20,000 nt of DNA from the NCBI GenBank assembly GCA_003344405.1, contig NOWV01000108.1:234420-254419 (forward strand), read 5' to 3'. Positions 1 to 8,574 of this stretch are shown piece after piece (the stretch's first letter is position 1; each line of letters begins with the position of its first letter). Origin of the DNA: Trichoplax sp. H2 (taxonomy: Eukaryota). Both the position numbers and the translations under genes were made by a program. Below the pieces are notes generated by a model, which did not search any database, was not told the origin of the DNA, and saw nothing but the letters and a program-made list of their open reading frames with translations.

Positions 1-1242
1 GGGCTTTAATAAATAGATCACTTTGAAAATCGTATTACATTCAAAATCCATTCTTCGATGAAGGTGCACTTTAATGCTCTATGATGGAGGGCACTTTTCT
101 TTATAAGCATAGAATTTCGGTACGTGCATTGCCAATCTCTGCTTTGGGTGCATGACATTTGGTAGCGTTGAATATTGATCAAAAACTTTTCATGTGCTAC
201 CCAGTTTTAGAAGGCATTAAAACATTTATATATTATGCTCTGTATTATTTGGCGAATGTTGATTGTACTTTAAACTTTTTGTAGTGAAAATCACATTCGT
301 TTATAAGATTGCCGTACAGACTTTGACAACGAAAATACTGTAGTCAGGTGTATGTTAATGTATACTCGTAAGACGTTCTTGTCTATTTATAACTTCATTA
401 TTGTAAACATAGCACAGTAGCACGAAGAAGAAGTGATATTTTCATTAAACATAGCAGGAATACTTGCACTTTTGTACTTCACTAGCATTCAAGATATTGT
501 CCATGAAAAGAGCTTTCGTTGACTGTACAATGTTTTCGAATGTGACGGCCATCATTTACGTCTACACGTACAGTGCAAGAAATGCTCGACAACATCGTTT
601 TTCCTTTCCCCATATACCGTAGATAGGAGAAAAAGGTTATGTTGTTGTATAGACATAAACCTATGGTGTTGAGCAAATTATGCAGGGTTATTGGGGTACT
701 AATTATGCTGGTTTTGATCTTTATGCGTGCAGTAAACAACCTAATACCGCTAGTACATCAAGACCGATTGTTCCTAAAATCAATCGCAGACAGCACCCCC
801 ATGTAGTATAACTAAAAATAGATATAGATTGCAGTTCTAGAGTTGGTTTCATCATCAAAATGGGTCAACTTATCAACGATATTGATGCAGTGATCTTTGC
901 CACGGAAGCGATTTCTTTTTCAAGGGTTAATTAACTAAGTAACGTATTTCGTTTTCAGAAGGGCTTCACGATCGATTACATTTTTACGTTGCAATGCTGT
1001 ACTTATAATAATCAGCTAATGTAAGGTCGTCTAATTTGAAAAATTTGACCCTGTCCAAATCGTGAAATGCATCTTTAACATCATTGACTATATAATGTAC
1101 AGTCGTCGTTTCATCAAAGATGCTTTATATTCTAATAGGTCAATGTGAAATTGTCTAATTTGGAAAGTTTGACGGCCTATAAATCATTGAGTATAGTAAT
1201 ATTGGACCCAGTTTAAGTAGGTTATCTGTATGCAGGACGACA

Positions 1243-1797
1243 CTCTTGACAAAAATGATTCTTAGATTAGCACTATTGAATGCAGTCATCGTAGATCGAT
1301 TTTTATCTTTATGCAGTTCTCGTGACAAAATGATTCCTAGACTAACACTATTGCAGTCATCATAGACCGATTTTTATCTTTATGAAGTTCCCTTGACAAA
1401 ATGATTCCTAGACTAACACTATTGAATGCAGTCATCATAGATCGATTTTTATCTTTATGCAGTTCTCTTGACAAAAATGATTCTTAGATTAGCACTATTG
1501 AATGTAGTCATCATAGATCGATTTTTATCTTTATGCAGTTCTCTTGACAAAATGATTCCTAGACTAACACTATTGCAGTCATCATAGACCGATTTTTATC
1601 TTTATGAAGTTCCCTTGACAAAATGATTCCTAGACTAACACTATTGAATGCAGTCATCATAGACCAATTTTTATCTTTATGAAGTTCTCTTGGCAAAAAT
1701 GATTCCTAGACTAACTCTATTGAATACAGTAATAGATCCAATTTTTTTTTTATAATCTTTATGGAGTACTGTGACTTGTCAAAAATGATCCTTAATT
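1243..1797. repeat. Tandem satellite, 71-76-bp monomer (CTCTTGACAAAATGATTCCTAGACTAACACTATTGAATGCAGTCATCATAGATCGATTTTTATCTTTATGCAGTT); 6 clean copies plus 1 degenerate and 1 partial
   Basis: Seen in sequence. Monomers start at 1243 (76 bp), 1319 (71), 1390 (75), 1465 (76), 1541 (71), 1612 (75) and 1687 (degenerate); a partial copy runs to ~1797. Confidence 0.95.
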
Positions 1798-3497
1798 AAA
1801 TAACAGTAAGCAAGTACTGTAATTAGTACTTTCGACTGACAGTAGCACAAGAGTTCTGCAAAATCTCGTCAGCTTTGGTACTCTTATCCTAAATGATTCT
1901 CAGATTGAACTTGAACACTAGTCCAAAATCATCGAGTTATACTATAGGTATACAGTCGATCAAAAATTGTTTTGTAAACACTCTAGTCCATATTATAACA
2001 TGACTAATATCGCATGAGCAAACAACATCGAAAGCAGTCTCTATCCAGACTATGAGTCAAAAATCATGGAGTTTTAGCAATAAAGTAGATGAGAAATTTT
2101 GTTTTTCATACAAGTCCATGTTACAACACCCCCTCAAGTCGGCTGACAGAACAACGTCGAAGGCGTACCACTGGATTTTAACGAGCTATCTCGTGTTCAA
2201 ATAAAACCAGAAGCATCTACTGTACATGGTAGAGTAGATATACTAAGTGAATATTCATATTCCACCAGCAAAATAGCGATGAAAAATGGATCATTCATTG
2301 AGAATTTGGCTATGAAATTTCCAATCCATCAGCAATATTTTGGATTGGAAGCCATCTTTGGTTAATGCAATCCAGTACGTCTAGATAGCGTGACGCGCAT
2401 TGACGCGACAGCCATCTTTCCGTTTGAGTCTACTGCGCGTCGCCTTGAAATGTTTTGAGGGGATTGTATTGCACCAATCAGGTGGTCAACAGGTCAATCC
2501 GCTGGCAGAAAATGCGATCCCTCTAATAATTACTAAACTGCACACTGTACAGTATGTAAATTGGACATTTGATCATTTCTTATTGATTGTGGCGATCATT
2601 GGATGCATACAACGTGTACAGTAGTAGCTTGTCTAGCTAAAAACAAGCCCTACCACTTTCAACGTGTCCTGTAAAGTCATACAGTCGATACAAGAAGTTG
2701 GAATGCAAGATCCAAGCGTCAAAACATGTCTTGACCTCGCTGCTTTGCAACAGATGACGCCGAGTGCGTAGCGTACACTCAGGGTGACGGGTGCACAAGT
2801 GAGTCCAACATGTTGACGCTGTGCACAGTAACACGTGTACTGTGCCGTGCCGTACTGCTACAACAATACTCGACGACATTCCTTGCCCAGCCATAAAACC
2901 ACATGTTGGCGTTCACTGCTTGGATATTCAGCAAGGAAGGCGAAGAGAAGAAATCGCTTGGGATACTGCGCTAAAGAGTAGCTGAAAAAAAATCGCTGGT
3001 TGGTTCGATTTGTTCATCGAAACTAATGGATAATTATGTCTTCTAGTTGATTCATGATAGTCGTCGCTGTTAGCAAGAGGTTGAATATTGCCTGTGACAT
3101 GATTTTACAGAACGATGGCATTGAACTCTGCTTTTTTTTTTTCATTGAAATGTTTTCTTAGATAGGGAAATTTTCTTAGACATTCAAAGACTCAAACGCT
3201 TGTGACAAGTGTCAAGGATTTGGTACGTTTAGATTCACTAGAATAGGAGGAATCTATCGTTGGTGGCAATATCATGTTGTAGTCATGGAAGGATTGTGCT
3301 TTTACATTTTAAACTAGTCACCTCAATGAATTCAAAAAGAATTTTAGTTATAGCTTTCTTGTTCAAATAAATAGCATGTGCCACGAGGTGTTTTTTTAGC
3401 TATAATCATGATGACTGTAGCCGTCTTAGTACTAATATTGAAATATCTTCATCTTTAGCCTAGTTTTATTCAAATTGCAATTTTGGAATCGCTAAAA

Positions 3498-6400
3498 ATG
3501 GTAAGTTGTTGTGAAAAGTGCCATTTGATAAATAATTTGCAATCGTACGACTCAACGGTATCACTATGACGCATTTTTGTATTGATGTCGGCCACTAAAA
3601 CACTTGTAGTCTGATAGCGACGATAACTGGTTTAAGAGCGCCACGGATGTTCGACGGGATTCGCAATCAAAGCCTACACGCGCCCATTCAAGTGATGTAT
3701 GAGAATGATCACTTTATTACTAACTTGGCTACTATAGAGCAACCGTTAAATTTGAATTAACCCATCAAAATAAAATAACGAATAACAATTGTAGGAAGAA
3801 GATCAATTTAGCCGGAAGAGTTTTACCGATAGGAAAGACAGTCGGCGCCAATCTTCAGTAGGTAGCAATAACTAAATTTAGGATCAGGCTATTTCTTACT
3901 TACAGTGAGCTATTTTTGCATTAGGATGACGGCTTTGATTTTGGAGGAAAAAACTCTTTCGATCGTAGAGATCGATACGATAAGGTATGCCGCTTTATGA
4001 AAGATTTTACATGTCATCATTTGTAAGCTATTTTATAATTTCGTAGAACAAGGACGATGGTGATAGCTTCGGCAATCGAAAATGGTTGAAGCCACGTGAT
4101 CAAGATCGGGTAAGCTCATATTTCTGCTCGACTTTTAGAAGTGCAGTTTGCGTAATTATTGCAACAATTGTAGTACCAAGTACGGGATATTTTTTTGAAG
4201 AGTTATAACACGCAAATTGAATTTGTAATCGGTCATATACTTTCAAGGGCTATTCGGATAAAAGATCACATGCATCAAATGGATATGATCGAAGAAGAGA
4301 TTTTGACGATCGTAATAGCAGAGACAAGCGAAGAGATAGTGAAGGTGATAGAAGCGGCAGAGACTTTAGTGATCGAAGTAGCAGAGACAAACGAAGAGAT
4401 GATGATAGAAACGTGAGTCAATCTGACCTAAATAATTAATTAGTGTTCGCAGCACTATAACAATACACTGTAGATTTGTGTTGAGTATAGCACTTAAGCA
4501 TAGCCTTTAAATCTCAATATATACAGTAGTGCTGTAGATAAGTGAATTTATTTCCCGTTTTGCGCAGTCTAGGACAACATTTGCATATTTGCGTTTCAAT
4601 TAGCATAATCAGATAGAGCTAGAAACTTTTAGTGGGTTTGCATTGAAGTTTTCGCTCTCACAATGGGCATTGACCTTATGTGCGTGCTGTGGCTGCTATA
4701 TTCTTATAGTATAATTGCCATAAATAGTCTCAATTTAGTTTCGTGATTTTAACGCGTATACAGTACTGTAAATGTATTTGCGAGCATTTGTAGTCACTGA
4801 TAAATAACAATGAGGCATTAATTTTGTTCGTCTGATAAGTAAGATTATATATGTAGTTTTTGATAATTTAATTTAATGTACAGTCATAAATTAATTATCC
4901 GTAAGTACCTATTGCTATATGCAAAGTGAAAAAGTGATGCAGTGTAGGATTTGCATTGGGAATTGCTTACGGGCTTACCCCCTAGTTAATCGTAGCAAGA
5001 ACAGATTATGTGATTGTGATCTAAACTTATTATTAAATAGAATTATCGATGTTTGAAATAATGTTTTCATTGTCTTGTTCATTTTACAATATTCTTTTAG
5101 AATGATAGAAGTAGAAGGTTCGATAATAACGATAGAGTGAGAAACGATCGCGACAAGGCAATATTAGAATTTGTGTTTATAGATGTGATATTGTTGCGTA
5201 ACAGCTATATTATCTATCGTGTGCGATTAATTTCGTAGGACGACGGAAGCGATGACTTCTGGGGCGGAGACGACAAAATACGAGATAAGCCTGTAATGAT
5301 TTATGAAATCAACAGCAAGCTTTCATTTATAAATGATGTATGTACTATGAACTGTGCTATTCTCTATTACAGAAAGGGAGATTTGATGAGTGTGATCGAG
5401 CGATTGCGGATCGAAATAGTCGTGATGATGATGACGACGATGACATGGTATTGTATATTTTGCGAAATGCAATCGTTTCCTATCAGATATTGTGAGATGC
5501 TCGATGACTCATATTTTATTGCTTTATTGCATACAGTTTAACGGCAACGCAGATAGACGTAATAATGATCGTTACCGAAATCGCGGTGATGGGGATTCTA
5601 ATGTACGGATTAATAACTTTTCAATTTTACGCTAATAAACTAAGGTTTTGATTGCGAGTTACCATATATATATAATATATTAGAGTGACTCCGGCGAAAG
5701 AAATCGTAGAAGTAGTGACTCGAAATTGGGCTCGTTTCCTCCTAATCCGAAAGGTATTGGTAGAGGAATAAGAAGGGATGGTAAGTGGGCTTGATGTGGT
5801 ATCAATCTTATTATATGGAGATGATAACACAGTTTTGTATTTAGATGATGACGGTGATAGACCACCTCCGGTTAACTACATTCCTCCGCCACCATCTGGC
5901 GATCTTGAAAAGATATTTGCACCGATAACAGTTGGAGTGGACTTTGATAAATATGGAGATTTACCTGTGAAGGTGGTGAATTCACGTTCGCCTGAAATTG
6001 TAGATTCATTTGATGAAATGGGAGAAAATTTAGATTTTCCTCCTGCGTTAATGAAGAATATAACGCGAGCTCATTATAAAAAGCCAACACCCGTACAACA
6101 ATATGGAATTCCTATTGCATGCGAAACGAAAGATTTAATTGCCTGTGCTCAAACAGGATCCGGAAAGACGGTAACTATAAAGGAAAAAATGTCAATTGCT
6201 AACTAAGACTAACCGTTTAATTTGTTACTCTAGGCTGCTTTTATCCTACCGATAATCAATAGCTTATTGCACGCTAATAGCCGATCTCATGGAAGACTTT
6301 CTGCGCTAATTCTGGCGCCTACTCGAGAATTGGCTAGTCAATCTTTTATGGAAGCATACAAATTTTGTTACGAGACTCCCTTGAAACCAATTGCTGTTTA

Positions 6401-8040
6401 TGGTGGGACTAACGTTAGAAATTCACGGGATGAAATGAACAACTGTGACATAGTAGTTGCAACGTTTGGTAGACTGATTCATTGTTTGGAACGGAATTGG
6501 GTAAATTTAAATTTTTGCTTATTGCTTTGTTTCTCAGGTCTTCAATATAACAGATCTCTACTCGATATGTTGAAGCTATCTTTAAGGGACGTCAAGTTCT
6601 TGGTTGTTGACGAAGCCGATAGAATGTTAGATGAAGGAAATTTTAAGGAATTTCAGCGTATTGTTACCGACTTTGATCTACCAGCGATAGGAGAGCGTCA
6701 GACGATGATGTACAGTGCAACATTTTCAAAAACTATGATCGATATAGCTTCTGAATTTACCAGTGATAATGCTTACATTTGCGTTGGAGATACGGAGAAA
6801 GTCATGTCAAATATTACTCAAAATGTGATTCAAGTGCGATCTCTAGACGATAAGAAAGATGAGTTGCTGAATTTGTTACGTGATGAAGGTAAGTAGTATT
6901 GCTCGGTTATTGAAATTTATCACTATACTGCCTTAACGATTTATATGTCAGATTTAGGGAAATGCTTAGTCTTTTTGGAATGTAAAATGGATGTTAACAA
7001 TATAGTAGCAGATCTTAAGGATCAAGGCTTCAAAGTTGAAGCTTTTCATGGGTAACCGTCATAGAATGTGTTCCTTAACCGATGATCGACTTTTACTTGC
7101 ATTTTTAGAGATAAATTAATTTTTTTTTATATAGTGATAAATCGCAAGAACACAGAGAACATGTACTTCGTAACTTTAAGAAAGGAGCAATCCAAATAAT
7201 GGTTGCTTCAGCTGCTGCTGAACGAGGCTTAGATATACCTAATATAAAACACGTAGTCATTTTTGATATGCCGAGAAAAATTGGAAACTACGTACATCGA
7301 ATTGGGCGCACTGGCAGACTAGGTGCGAAAGGTTACGTTACCGTATTCTTTAATCCAAGCCGAAATAGAGAAATTGCTTCAGATTTTGCACAACTCCTTC
7401 GTGATGTGAGTATGAGCTATTTAGAGTCGTTAATTTAGGCTTCTGAAACATTACAACCGTAATCATCTTACAGGCAGATCAAGAGGTACCGCGATGGTTA
7501 GAAGGCGATGATCGATCATCCAGGTTTGGTCGACATGGTGGTAGAGATGGCAATGGAGATTTTAATTCTGGTAGAGGTGGTCAGCGGTTTGACAGTCGGA
7601 ATTCCAGAGGTGGTGGTCGTGAGCGAGGAAGAGGATTTGGCAATGGTGGTAGTAGTCGAGGCTTTGGCAATGGCAGTAGTAGTCGAGGCTTTGGTAATGG
7701 TGGTAGTAGTCGAGGCTTTGGTAATGGTGGTAGTAGTCGAGGCTTTGGTAACGGTGGTGGTAGTCGAGGCTTTAGAGGCAGAGGTATGATGGTCTTTAAA
7801 TGTTGCGTAAGTAACTCTTCTAAAAGAACACGTGTTAATCAGTGGGAAATGTGTTTACATTGCATGTGCCGTAGATTCTGGTCGGTTCGATCGTGGGGGT
7901 AGTCGGAACTTTGGCAACTACTCGAACAATTCTCAAAGAAAAGATCGCGACAATATATGGGATAGGTAATTTACTTTCATATGATACATTTATTTGGAAT
8001 AGCGAACTAACGGCAATGTTTATTCATTTTCAGTGATTAG
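3498..8040 (+). CDS. vasa: Vasa/DDX4-like ATP-dependent DEAD-box RNA helicase (DDX3/DDX4 family), ~817-824 aa, 19 exons
   Basis: Hand-spliced, frame-consistent model: 3498-3500 (ATG only), 3610-3696, 3795-3857, 3925-3984, 4047-4109, 4248-4412, 5101-5157 (or -5136), 5239-5292, 5373-5447, 5537-5602, 5684-5780, 5845-6170, 6234-6500, 6576-6888, 6952-7051, 7135-7405, 7474-7783, 7875-7965, 8034-8040. Motifs: Q (YKKPTPVQ), AQTGSGKT, PTRELA, GG, TFGR, DEAD (6609-6620), SAT, LVF, HGDKSQEHR, RGLD, HRIGRTGR, QEVPRWL. Vasa-type marks recalled from the family: N-terminal MSDSDDNW, pre-core YIPPPP..IF..I.VGVDFDKY and acidic Trp C-terminus (DNIWDSD*). DEAD-box identity is secure; vasa versus PL10/DDX3 needs a phylogeny. 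Confidence 0.85.
7630..7773 (+). repeat. Coding 27-bp tandem repeat (5 copies plus partial) encoding RGFGNGGSS in the helicase C-terminal tail
   Basis: Units of about CGAGGCTTTGGTAATGGTGGTAGTAGT start at 7630, 7657, 7684, 7711 and 7738, with a partial unit at 7765; in frame with exon 17. Confidence 0.95.
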
Positions 8041-8339
8041 ATGATGATGGATGAAATCTCTATTTGAGTACTCTAAAGATATTGTTTTCGAAGCAGTTGC
8101 TTTCGTATTTGTTGGCTGTATTGAGATGTTACTAATTGAGGGTGCGCTTCGATATGTTTAGTTTAGTAGTAGGAATTTATGTAAAGGGATTACACATAGG
8201 AAATAAGATGGCAAACATACATTTGATGCGTTATTCTTATAATCCCTGTAATTTTTACTTTTATTATAGTTACAAAGGTATATACAAGTGTCTCAGTACT
8301 AATATAAATTGTTAATTTTAAAAAGGCAATTTTCTATTT

Positions 8340-8345
8340 AATAAA
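8340..8345 (+). promoter_or_regulatory. Candidate polyadenylation signal (AATAAA) of the vasa-like gene
   Basis: First canonical AATAAA I found downstream of the stop at 8040 (300 nt away), in AT-rich sequence. Motif evidence only. Confidence 0.4.
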
Positions 8346-8574
8346 ATAGCGCTTCAAAATATTTTAATGATTTGCATTTGATTGACGAGTATGCATAGAA
8401 TATATATAATTATTTACCGATTATTTTACTGCGGTATCAAATTAATAATAGACATTATGGAATATGTCGAGTAGGATACGCTGGTATAATTTGCTGATTT
8501 TTTCGCAAGTTATCAGATGAAAAGTTTAGCCAATTTTTTAACGTTAAATCGTTTGTACGCGAATTTGATGGTAT

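Noticed and set aside
1-1030. Possible gene fragment (ORF 482-739 and short + frames such as YGVEQIMQGYWGTNY)
   Set aside because: No consistent splice chain (implied introns under 40 nt, in-frame stops) and no recognisable motif; left unannotated.
1029-1190. Short imperfect duplication GTCTAATTTG.AAA.TTTGAC at 1029 and 1153
   Set aside because: Only ~21 bp in two copies; nothing interpretable.
2120-2140. CTTGAGGGGGTGTTG on - resembling a Ty1/copia polypurine tract plus LTR start
   Set aside because: No RNase H or RT coding sequence upstream and no second LTR; too short to support.
4195-4416. 73-aa ORF (also 5296-5541, 5627-5830, 5680-5865, 5872-6090)
   Set aside because: These are off-frame or antisense shadows of vasa-like exons and introns.
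4413-5100. Intronic snoRNA or extra exon in the 688-nt vasa-like intron
   Set aside because: No properly spaced C (RTGATGA) and D (CTGA) boxes with a terminal stem, and no phase-0 D/R-rich exon found.
7508-7789. 93-aa hydrophobic ORF (MVVVVEAL repeats) as a membrane protein
   Set aside because: It is an alternative frame of the RGFGNGGSS repeat in helicase exon 17.
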